From Thermodesulfobacteriota bacterium (GTDB lineage Bacteria; Desulfobacterota; Desulfobacteria; Desulfobacterales; SURF-7), in assembly GCA_049320885.1 (NCBI GenBank), contig JBMORA010000001.1:210622-274621 (forward strand): DNA of 64,000 bases, written 5' to 3'. Under the pieces are notes generated by a model. The model did no database searches, was not told the origin of the DNA, and saw nothing but the letters and a program-made list of their open reading frames with translations. Both the position numbers and the translations under genes were made by a program. Numbering within the stretch: the first letter of the stretch is position 1; every line of letters starts with the position of its first letter. This document shows positions 51,819 through 60,576 of this stretch, one piece after another.

Positions 51819-51940
51819 CAAGGATTGACGGACGCGGTTTTTTTCGGCGAAGCGAACGATAATGTCTGCTCCCCGGATTCCGGATTTCATCTGATCGGTA
51901 TCGTGGCGACCGATACGGATTGAAAGGGAGTTTATTGTCC

Positions 51941-53407
51941 ATGATCCAACTCTCCGAACCCGAAAGAATACCGCCGAAGGAGTATCGGCAGCGAATCGAA
52001 AAACTGGCGGAGCAAATCTCCGATCCGGTAAAAAAACTGCGATTCATTCATCAGGCCCTTGCCGACTATTCGCTAAACGAATCCGTTGAAAGCGGGGGAA
52101 AACATCGACGGAAAACGGAAGCGGCAAAAGGCGGGGAGTCCCTGTTTCGCAAAAACGGCAACCACCGGCCGGAGGAAACCGGAGGCGCGGAATACCGGCT
52201 CCAGCCGCCCCTCGCCGGCAAATCCCGCCATTACTTGGTGTATCTGGTCTGCGGCATGGGGGTGATGCTCTTCGGATTTGCCTTTATCCTGTTCCTTTCG
52301 AACGGAAGCCGGTATGGAAACCTTTTCGGTAAAACCGCTGCAAAAACCGAAACCGATGTCTTTCATTATATCATCCCGACGGTGACGTCGGAATTGTCCC
52401 CGGCGCCGGTTTTTCCCAAAGCCTTGCCGGGAGAGGATGCGCAGAAGCCGCCGGCATTCCCCGAATACCTGGACACCCTGATCTGGATGATCGAAAAGAC
52501 AGCCGAAAGCGAGTATTACAGCAACCGGTTGCGGATCCACACCGGCCAAACCGTCGACAACACCCCCCGGCGCTACCGCCGGATTCCGATCCAGGCCGCT
52601 TCCAGCCCGAATGACTGGCCGGCCACCGGCAACGTGGCCGGCATTCTGTTCCATGCCGCGGAAAGCGACATCTATGAGTTCAAGCCGGAAATGACGCAAT
52701 CCATCAAGGAATACAGCCGTCTGCTGGCCCGGTATCTCCGGAAAAAAAAAGCCTATCACTATTTTATCGACCGGTTCGGCGAGGTCTACCGCTTGGTCCG
52801 CGAGGATCATGCCGCCTATCACGCGGGAAATTCGATCTGGGCCGATTCGGAAAACATTTACCTGGATTTAAACAATGCCTTCATCGGGATCTGTTTCGAA
52901 GGCAAGGATTTCGAGCACAACCCCAAGGGAAAGTCGAAAACCGGCGGGAACGGCGACTCGACTCACATCGTTGCCATGGCGCAATCCTCCATCAATGAGG
53001 CCCAGTTGCGGTCGGGAAAGGAGCTGACCGACTGGTTGCGGGTGAAATACCGCATTTCGCAGAAAAACTGCGTGCCCCACGCCCTGGCATCGGTGAACCC
53101 ATACGATCTGCTGATCGGACATCATCTGGACTTGTCATATGAGTTCCCGTTTGATATGTTTGGGTTGAGCAACAAATATGAAGAACCGATTCCTGCCATT
53201 ACCGAATTCGGGTTTTCCTGTAACAACTATTTTGTCCAGGTCATGAAGGGGAGGCTCTGGCCCGGCATTATCCGTTCCGAGGAAACCCTTCGGCAGCGCG
53301 CCGATGAAACAAAAATACCGCTCAAGGAATATCGAAAACTCCTGAACAACCGGTTCGCCGGATTGTTCAAATGGCAAAAACAGATCAAACAATCCGAAGG
53401 GTCCTGA
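51941..53407 (+). CDS. Membrane-anchored N-acetylmuramoyl-L-alanine amidase (Amidase_2/PGRP-like)
   Basis: TM (YLVYLVCGMGVMLFGFAFILFL), ILFHAAES, YHYFIDRFG, AYHAG, IGICFE, VPH, HLD. Confidence 0.78.
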   Translation: MIQLSEPERIPPKEYRQRIEKLAEQISDPVKKLRFIHQALADYSLNESVESGGKHRRKTEAAKGGESLFRKNGNHRPEETGGAEYRLQPPLAGKSRHYLVYLVCGMGVMLFGFAFILFLSNGSRYGNLFGKTAAKTETDVFHYIIPTVTSELSPAPVFPKALPGEDAQKPPAFPEYLDTLIWMIEKTAESEYYSNRLRIHTGQTVDNTPRRYRRIPIQAASSPNDWPATGNVAGILFHAAESDIYEFKPEMTQSIKEYSRLLARYLRKKKAYHYFIDRFGEVYRLVREDHAAYHAGNSIWADSENIYLDLNNAFIGICFEGKDFEHNPKGKSKTGGNGDSTHIVAMAQSSINEAQLRSGKELTDWLRVKYRISQKNCVPHALASVNPYDLLIGHHLDLSYEFPFDMFGLSNKYEEPIPAITEFGFSCNNYFVQVMKGRLWPGIIRSEETLRQRADETKIPLKEYRKLLNNRFAGLFKWQKQIKQSEGS

Positions 53408-53498
53408 AACCGATCGGGCAGGACGCCGTCACCGTCTCCCTGAACCGGAGATTCCGCCACGCCTGACCGAATCGAGAAAAAAATGGAGCCATACGTGC

Positions 53499-54452
53499 AT
53501 GAAGACGCTCAAAAGGAATTGCCCGCATTGCCAGAGTGAAAAAACCGCCCCCATCCCCCAAACATCCGTCGCCAGACTCATCGGTTACTTGGTACCCCGC
53601 CGACCCTATTTATGCCTGGATTGCCGGAAGCGTTTCAACCAGTATGAAAATCCGCTGAAAACCGTATCCGCCAAAATCATGGCCGGCGCCGCAGCCGTTC
53701 TGCTCCTGTTGATCCTTTTCCTTGTGATGCGGCCCCAAACCCCGCAACCGCAGCCGGAAGAACAGGCCCCCTCCATGAGAATCCCCGCCAAGCAGGCGGA
53801 ACCGGAAGCCATGCAAATCCCCAAAATGCCGTTGGAGGAAAAGGGTGCGCCCTTGCCTTCCGGAGAAACGGCCGAGGCCTTGCCGAACCCGAATCAGCCG
53901 GAAGCGGTTCCCGTTCCAACGGCAGATCAGCCGCTGCCCGCCGAAACCGCCCCCCCGGCAAAGGCCCCGGCATTGGAACAGCAGCAGCCGGTCGCCCCAA
54001 CGGCGGAAACACCCGTGAAACAACTGCCGGAGGGACCCCGGCCGATTCCGGCCGCGGTGACTCCCGGAACGGAGTCCACACCCGGTGACAGAAGGGAACG
54101 CGTGACGGCTTCCCCCCATGCGAACCAGCCAAGAACCCTGAAACGCATTTCCGTCCAAAATACCGATAACGGTCCGACCATCCATATCCAGGCGGACGGT
54201 CCCATCGATGCCCATCAATCCTTCTTGCTCCCCGACCCGCATAGACTGGTCATCGACCTTGCGGGGAAATGGGAAAAACCCGGATTTTACGCCATGGCGG
54301 TGGAACACGATCTCATCCGGTCGGTCCGGGTATGGAAACATGATAAAAAGCTGCGGATCGTCTGCGATCTGCAATCCGGCCTGGGGCGGGAACCGGTTTT
54401 TAAAACAGCTTCCGACGGCTTGGTCGCCGAGTTGGGCGCAACGCCCCCCTGA
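53499..54452 (+). CDS. Zn-ribbon / TM / Pro-rich linker / AMIN-domain protein
   Basis: CPHC...CLDC, hydrophobic helix, P/A/E-rich linker, C-term FLLPDPHRLVIDL...VRV...LRIVCDL (AMIN). Confidence 0.78.
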   Translation: MKTLKRNCPHCQSEKTAPIPQTSVARLIGYLVPRRPYLCLDCRKRFNQYENPLKTVSAKIMAGAAAVLLLLILFLVMRPQTPQPQPEEQAPSMRIPAKQAEPEAMQIPKMPLEEKGAPLPSGETAEALPNPNQPEAVPVPTADQPLPAETAPPAKAPALEQQQPVAPTAETPVKQLPEGPRPIPAAVTPGTESTPGDRRERVTASPHANQPRTLKRISVQNTDNGPTIHIQADGPIDAHQSFLLPDPHRLVIDLAGKWEKPGFYAMAVEHDLIRSVRVWKHDKKLRIVCDLQSGLGREPVFKTASDGLVAELGATPP

Positions 54453-54482
54453 CGTTATCGAAAACGGAAAGGAAACGGATGG

Positions 54483-55577
54483 ATGGTCGAACGAACCGAC
54501 GAAATGGCACCGCGCTTGCCGAAGGTCACCACAAAGTTGAAAATGCCCGGCATGCTCCTGAAGTTACCAGGCGCCGTCAAACTGGCCATCGCCGCGCTGG
54601 TGGTGCTGATGATCGCCTTTAATGCCCTGTTCACCTATGTGCAGCCCAATGAATTCGGCATCAAGGTCGTGCGCATCGGTATCAACCGGGGAGTCCAGAA
54701 GGAAATTTACACGGCCGGTCTGCACTGGGTCATCCCCGGTTTTCAGCAGATCTTCCGCCTGCCGCGGGACATTCAGGTTTTGGAGCTGACAGCGTCGCCG
54801 AAGACCGCTGCCCTGCCGGCCCGGAAGGATCGGGTCGCCCATATTCAGACATCGGACGGTTTTTATGTGGATGTGGATGTTTCCATCCTGTACCGGATCA
54901 ATGACCCCTTTCTCGTGTTCACCAAAATCGGCCCCGGCAGCCTGTATGAGGATAACGGGATTCTGCCGAAGGCGGAGCCCGCTCTCAAGGAAACCTTGGG
55001 CAAATTGACCACCGAAGATTTTTACAACAGCCCCTTGCGGGTGAAGAAGGCACGGGAAGCGCGGGAACTGCTGAATGCGGAACTGAATCCGAAAGGCATC
55101 CAGGTTGAGCAGGTGCTGGTGCGCTATTTCGTTTACAGCCCCGAAATCCAGAAAAACATCGAGGAGAAAAAGCTGAAGGATCAGCTGGTGTTTACGAACC
55201 AGGCCGCGGCCCGGGCCGCCAAGGAAGAGGCGGAATTGAAAAAAGTCATCCAGGAGGGTCTCGTGATGGTGGATGTGGAGCTCGAACAGGGCCGGGCCTA
55301 TGTCACCCGCAAGGAAGCGGAAAAAGATCTGTATGTGCGGACCAAAAAAGCCGAAGCCGACCTGCTGGTGAAACTGGCGGATGCGGAAAAAGTCCGTTTG
55401 AAAAACGATGCCATGAAAGGCGTCGGTTCCGAACGGATGGTGGGCTTAAAAATGGCGGAAGTGTACAAAGGGCTGGATCTCATCGTTCTGCCCAGCGACG
55501 GCAGCGGCGGCGTCAATCCCCTTGATTTGAACAATGCCTTGAACCTATTTGATGTCCGCAAGGGAGATACGCCATGA
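54483..55577 (+). CDS. SPFH/band-7 (prohibitin/HflKC-like) membrane protein
   Basis: TM followed by YVQPNEFGI, GLHWVIP, TSDG..VDVDVSILYRI, and an AEA-rich coiled coil. Confidence 0.85.
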   Translation: MVERTDEMAPRLPKVTTKLKMPGMLLKLPGAVKLAIAALVVLMIAFNALFTYVQPNEFGIKVVRIGINRGVQKEIYTAGLHWVIPGFQQIFRLPRDIQVLELTASPKTAALPARKDRVAHIQTSDGFYVDVDVSILYRINDPFLVFTKIGPGSLYEDNGILPKAEPALKETLGKLTTEDFYNSPLRVKKAREARELLNAELNPKGIQVEQVLVRYFVYSPEIQKNIEEKKLKDQLVFTNQAAARAAKEEAELKKVIQEGLVMVDVELEQGRAYVTRKEAEKDLYVRTKKAEADLLVKLADAEKVRLKNDAMKGVGSERMVGLKMAEVYKGLDLIVLPSDGSGGVNPLDLNNALNLFDVRKGDTP

Positions 55578-56641
55578 AACGCTTCCTGTTCCTTGCCTTC
55601 CCGCTGATCTGCTGTCTCTGCCTGCCGGCTTGCCTGCTGTACAGCACCGGCGAAAACGAAGTGGGCGTACGTACCCGGAAACTGGCCATCTGGGGACCGC
55701 CGGGGGTCGAGGAGCAGGTTTATGCCCCGGGCTCCACCCATGTGTTTCTGCCCTTCATCAATGACTGGCACACCTTCGACACCAAACTGCAGAATCTTGA
55801 AATGGTCTATGAACCGTCACGCGGAGAGCGCCGGACCCATGATGATCTGCTGTTCAAGAGCATCGACGGCAACGATATCGGACTGGACGTCATCATCGCC
55901 TACCGCATCGACGCCGCACAAGCACCTTACATCCTGCAGCATGTGGCCGTCGACAACCACACCCTGCGGGAAAAGATCGTCCGCACCATCGCGCGCAGCA
56001 AACCCCGCGATATCTTCGGCGAGTTGACCACCGAAGAATTTTACGTGGCGGAAAAACGGGAACTGCAGGCCCAGAAAGCCAAGGAAGTGCTCCAGGAGAT
56101 GCTCGGCCCGATGGGGATCATCGTCGAAAAAGTGCTCACCAAGGATTACCGGTTCAATCGCGAATACCAGAAGGCCATCGAGGACAAAAAAGTCGCCGAT
56201 CAGCAGGTGCAGAAAAACAAATCCGCCCGGCATGCGGCCCTGGAGGAATACAAGCGCAAACTGGAGGAAGCCAAGGGCGAGGTGAACAAGATGATCGCCG
56301 ACGCGGACGGCGCCTATCGCAGAGCCAAAATCGAGGCCGATGTATACTACGAGCGGCAGCAGATGATGGCGGAGGCCATCAAGGCGGAAGGAATCGCCGA
56401 AGCCAAAGGCATCCAGGAGATGAACAACGCCCTGGCCGGTTCGGGTGGCGAAGCGCTCGTCAAACTGCGCATCGCCGAGGCCCTTCAGGACAAGAAAATC
56501 ATGCTGCTGCCGGTATCCACCGGGGGGATGAACCTGAAAACAACGGATATCAACCGGCTGATTGAAACCATGGGAATCCGCGCCATGGCCGGAAACGATT
56601 ACAAGCAACGCAGTGTCGAAAAAGCAACCGATACAAGATAA
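55574..56641 (+). CDS. SPFH/band-7 protein, possibly a lipoprotein
   Basis: Signal peptide with LPAC, ENEVGV, SIDG..IGLDVIIAYRI, YQKAIEDK, coiled coil. ATGA overlap with the upstream paralog. Confidence 0.85.
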   Translation: MKRFLFLAFPLICCLCLPACLLYSTGENEVGVRTRKLAIWGPPGVEEQVYAPGSTHVFLPFINDWHTFDTKLQNLEMVYEPSRGERRTHDDLLFKSIDGNDIGLDVIIAYRIDAAQAPYILQHVAVDNHTLREKIVRTIARSKPRDIFGELTTEEFYVAEKRELQAQKAKEVLQEMLGPMGIIVEKVLTKDYRFNREYQKAIEDKKVADQQVQKNKSARHAALEEYKRKLEEAKGEVNKMIADADGAYRRAKIEADVYYERQQMMAEAIKAEGIAEAKGIQEMNNALAGSGGEALVKLRIAEALQDKKIMLLPVSTGGMNLKTTDINRLIETMGIRAMAGNDYKQRSVEKATDTR

Positions 56642-56736
56642 CGGGTTGCGCCCTTGCCATCGAGGAGTCGGTCGCCCCATGGTGAAACCGCCCGCAGGAT
56701 GGGGCCAAACCCGCCGCTGGAAACGGGAGGCCGGCG

Positions 56737-58065
56737 ATGGCGCATGCAACGATATCCAACCCCTACCGCCGGCTGATCGCGCGGATCAACCGCTTTCCCC
56801 AGGGGGCGCCGCCGTCCCGTCTGCTCCATGCCATCCTGAAAATGCTCTATACGGAGCAGGAGGCCGGATACGTCTCCCTGCTGCCCCTCAAGCCCTTTGC
56901 CCTGGAAAAAGCCGCCCGGATATGGAAACTGCCGCTCCGGAAAACACGCCAGATTCTGGACGAACTGGCAAGCAAGGGATTGTTGCTGGATATCGAAATC
57001 CGGCAGCGCCCCCTGTATCTGGTGCCGCCGCCCATGGCCGGCTTTTTCGAGTTCTCCATGATGCGGGTGCGCCGGGATCTGGACCAGAAAAAACTGGCGG
57101 AACTGTTGTATCAGTATCTGAACGTGGAACAGGATTTCGTCCGGGAACTCTTCACGGCCGGGGAAACCCGTCTGGGACGGATCTTTGTCCACGAACCGGC
57201 CTTGCCGGAAGAAAAGCTGCTGGTCCTGGATTATGAAAGAGCCAGCCATATAATCCGGACCGCCGGCCATATCAGCGTCAGCCTCTGTTACTGCCGCCAC
57301 AAGATGCGGCATCTGCGCCGCGCCTGCGACAATCCCCTGGAAATCTGCATGACCTTCCATCAGGCCGGCGCCTATCTGATCCGCCGGGGTATCGGCCGCC
57401 GGGTCGATGCCGCCGAAGGCTTGGATCTGCTCCAGGAAGCCCAAGGCCGCAACCTGGTCCAGTTCGGCGAAAATGTCCGCGAGCAGGTGAATTACATCTG
57501 CAACTGCTGCAGCTGCTGCTGCGAGGCCCTGCTGGCGGCCAAGCGCTTCAGCTTCGCCAGACCCGTGCAGACCTCCCCGTTTCTGCCCCGTTTGAATCCG
57601 GAAACCTGCATCGGTTGCGGGAAATGCACGGCGGCCTGCCCGGTGGAAGCCCTGAAAATGACCGCCGGAAATCCCGCCGCCCGGGAAAAACCGGCGCCAC
57701 GGCTGGACACGCAGCGCTGCCTGGGTTGCGGCATCTGCGTGCGCAACTGCCCGACCGGGGCAATGGTTCTGGAACGGCGGCGGGAACGCCTGTTGACGCC
57801 GCTGAACAGCGCCCATAACGTGATTTTAATGGCCATCGAACGCGGCAAATTGCAGCATTTCCTCTTCGACAACCGCATCCTGTGGCATCACCGCGCCATG
57901 GCCCTGGTCCTGGGCGTCATCCTCCGCCTCCCGCCAATCAAACAGGTGTTAGCCCTGCAACAGGTGAAATCACGGTATCTCGAATACCTGATCTCCAGAA
58001 CCTTTATGACGGAAAAAAACAATCGGGCACACCCTCCGCTTGACATCCCGGCCCACATTGACTAA
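56737..58065 (+). CDS. 4Fe-4S dicluster domain protein
   Basis: CYCRH, ICNCCSCCC, CIGCGKCTAACP, CLGCGICVRNCP. Confidence 0.85.
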   Translation: MAHATISNPYRRLIARINRFPQGAPPSRLLHAILKMLYTEQEAGYVSLLPLKPFALEKAARIWKLPLRKTRQILDELASKGLLLDIEIRQRPLYLVPPPMAGFFEFSMMRVRRDLDQKKLAELLYQYLNVEQDFVRELFTAGETRLGRIFVHEPALPEEKLLVLDYERASHIIRTAGHISVSLCYCRHKMRHLRRACDNPLEICMTFHQAGAYLIRRGIGRRVDAAEGLDLLQEAQGRNLVQFGENVREQVNYICNCCSCCCEALLAAKRFSFARPVQTSPFLPRLNPETCIGCGKCTAACPVEALKMTAGNPAAREKPAPRLDTQRCLGCGICVRNCPTGAMVLERRRERLLTPLNSAHNVILMAIERGKLQHFLFDNRILWHHRAMALVLGVILRLPPIKQVLALQQVKSRYLEYLISRTFMTEKNNRAHPPLDIPAHID

Positions 58066-58132
58066 AAGATCCCGAAATTGTCCGCTGGACAACCATATCG
58101 ACAACAATTGTATAAACAAAGGAGCGTATTCC

Positions 58133-58456
58133 ATGGGAGATTTTCTCATCAACGTGTTTCTGGACGACAAAAAAATGCAGGTGATCGAAGGCGCCGGTCT
58201 CGCCGGCCAGGTGACGGATGTGGCCGGGAAGAAAGCGATTCAAGTCAAAGTCGCGGAAAAGGAACAGAAAAAGCTGGCCAAGGGGTTCCCGGATCTGGAA
58301 ATCGGCGCCGACAATTCTTATGTCCTGCCCGCGGAAGCCGAAACCAAGCTGCTGGACATCATCGGGCAGATGAAGACCCTGGATGTCATGAAAGTGGCCA
58401 TCATGAAGCTGTACAACCCGCTGGCCGGCAAGGCTCCCCGCTCGGCCCAGCGGTAA
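58133..58456 (+). CDS. Hypothetical protein (107 aa)
   Basis: RBS AAGGAG and codon usage typical of the window. C-terminal KLYNPLAG. Confidence 0.75.
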   Translation: MGDFLINVFLDDKKMQVIEGAGLAGQVTDVAGKKAIQVKVAEKEQKKLAKGFPDLEIGADNSYVLPAEAETKLLDIIGQMKTLDVMKVAIMKLYNPLAGKAPRSAQR

Positions 58457-58533
58457 AGACCGACGATTCATTCCGACCGGTTCCACTTCAAGATCGACCG
58501 CCCGTATTTCCAAGGGGGCTGCAGCGCCTGGGC

Positions 58534-60195
58534 TTATTTCACGAGATACCGCTTTGCCGTGCTGTAGGTGCTGTACCCCCCGCTCACGATCCGCGCCGTG
58601 AAACCGTTCTGGGTGAGAATCCGGTACGCCACATAGGCCCGCATTCCCACGGCGCAGAAAAGGATGTACCGCTTGGTTTTGTCCAGGCGGTCCAGCCGGG
58701 ACCGCAACCGGTCCACGGGGATCCGGACGGCGCCCTCGACGGCTCCCTTTTCCTCGATCTCCGACGGATACCGCAGGTCCATGAGCACCTCGGTGCGGGG
58801 GTCGTATTCCCCCAGTTCCCGCCAGTCGATTTTTTCCAGGTCGCCCTTCAGGATATTGGCCGCCACGAAACCGGCGATGTTGACCGGATCCTTGGCGGAT
58901 GAATACGGTGGAGCATAGGCCAGCTCGAGTTCCTCCAGGTCGTACACCGTCATGTTGCCCCGGATGGCGGTGGCCAGCACATCGATGCGCTTGTCCACGC
59001 CGGAGAAGCCGACGATCTGGGCGCCGAATAGCCTGCCGGTGCCCGGAGCGAACAGCAGTTTGACCGCCATGGGAGTTGATCCCGGGTAATACGAAGCATT
59101 GGAGCCGGAATGGGTATAACTGGCGACGAACGGAATCCCTTCGGCCGTCAGGGTTTTTTCATTGACGCCGGCAACGGCCGCCGTGAGTTCGAACACTTTG
59201 ACGATGGCCGTTCCCAGCGTGCCCCGATAAACCGCTCTGCGTCCCATGGCGTTGTCCGCGGCGATGCGTCCCTGTTTGTTGGCAGGTCCGGCCAGGGGTG
59301 CGAGGGACGGCCGCCCGGTGACCAGATGGGGGACTTCCACCGCGTCGCCGACGGCGTAAATGTGAGGATCGCTGGTCTGCATGGCGTCGTTCACCCGGAT
59401 GCCGCCGCTGGCACCGATGGCCAACCCCGCCTGACGGGCCAGTTCCGTTTCCGGGCGCACGCCGATGGACAGAATGGCCAGATCACATTCGAATTCTCCC
59501 CCGGCGGTGGCCGCCACCAGCCGGTTGTTCCGGTGGGAGAAGGACCTGAGGCCATCCTTCAGGTGGCAGACCGCCCCCTTGGTCTGGAGGTGATCCTGAA
59601 CAACAGCGGCCATTTCCACATCAAGAGGCGGCATGACCTGGTCCGCCATTTCCACCACGGTGGTTCTAATCCCTCTGCTTATCAGGTTTTCCATCATTTC
59701 CAAGCCGATGAACCCGCCACCCACGACAACCGCCGATTGCGGTTTGCGTTCATCCACATAGGCCTTGATACGGTCCATGTCGGGAATATTCCGCAGATAA
59801 AAAATGCGCTCGCTGTCGATTCCCGGCAAGGACGGCCTGATGGGTTCGGCACCCGGGGACAGAATCAGCTTGTCATAGGTTTCGACGGTTAGCTTCCCGG
59901 TGGTCAGGTCCTTCACATGGATTCGTTTTTCTTCCGGCTCGATGCGCATGACCCGGGTATGGGTCCGGACGTCAATGTTGTAACGCGCCCGGAACGCTTC
60001 CGGAGTGGTGAGCAGCAGTTCGTCCCTCTCCTTGATGGTCTCGCCGATATAATACGGCAGACCGCAGTTGGCGAAGGAAATATATTCTCCGCGTTCAAAC
60101 AGGATGATGTGGGCGGATTCATTGATTCTGCGGGCCCTGGCCGCGGCGGTGGCACCGCCGGCGACACCGCCGACGATCAGAAGCCGGATACTCAT
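58534..60195 (-). CDS. CoA-disulfide/persulfide reductase with C-terminal rhodanese domain (Npsr/Cdr-like)
   Basis: GGVAGGA, SFANCGLPY, GGGFIGLE, YAVGD, LAGPANKQG, YAPPYS, rhodanese FCAVGMRA. Confidence 0.9.
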   Translation of the reverse strand: MSIRLLIVGGVAGGATAAARARRINESAHIILFERGEYISFANCGLPYYIGETIKERDELLLTTPEAFRARYNIDVRTHTRVMRIEPEEKRIHVKDLTTGKLTVETYDKLILSPGAEPIRPSLPGIDSERIFYLRNIPDMDRIKAYVDERKPQSAVVVGGGFIGLEMMENLISRGIRTTVVEMADQVMPPLDVEMAAVVQDHLQTKGAVCHLKDGLRSFSHRNNRLVAATAGGEFECDLAILSIGVRPETELARQAGLAIGASGGIRVNDAMQTSDPHIYAVGDAVEVPHLVTGRPSLAPLAGPANKQGRIAADNAMGRRAVYRGTLGTAIVKVFELTAAVAGVNEKTLTAEGIPFVASYTHSGSNASYYPGSTPMAVKLLFAPGTGRLFGAQIVGFSGVDKRIDVLATAIRGNMTVYDLEELELAYAPPYSSAKDPVNIAGFVAANILKGDLEKIDWRELGEYDPRTEVLMDLRYPSEIEEKGAVEGAVRIPVDRLRSRLDRLDKTKRYILFCAVGMRAYVAYRILTQNGFTARIVSGGYSTYSTAKRYLVK

Positions 60196-60221
60196 GCAAA
60201 TCTCCTTTTGATTGTTCCCAT

Positions 60222-60338
60222 CTACATGGGCAGCAGTTCGTCCCCGATCAGTTTCCACAGGGACATCCGTTCCAGAACCGCCTGCAACTCGTCCCGTATT
60301 TCTTCAAACTCGCGTATGATCTGACAATATTCTTTCAT
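60222..60338 (-). CDS. 38-aa small protein resembling the Rrf2 C-terminal dimerisation helix
   Basis: MKEYCQIIREFEEIRDELQAVLERMSLWKLIGDELLPM. AAGGAGG lies 6 nt before the ATG and the stop is 26 nt before the reductase start. Confidence 0.6.
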   Translation of the reverse strand: MKEYCQIIREFEEIRDELQAVLERMSLWKLIGDELLPM

Positions 60339-60576
60339 GGCATACCTCCTTGCCCGACCCGTTCGCAAGGCATCCCGAAAATTTCCCCGGCTGCCGCACG
60401 CATCGACGGGTTTGGCTGTTGGTGCTCGTTTTTTTTCAGCACGATCGAAACATAATGCCGGCAATCCGGAAATCAAGCTGCAAATTGACTTTGAAGTCCG
60501 AACAGGATACAAATGCGGATATCCGCGGTACGGGATGGCCGAATCACAAAACCGGAAAATATATAGGAAAATCAGG

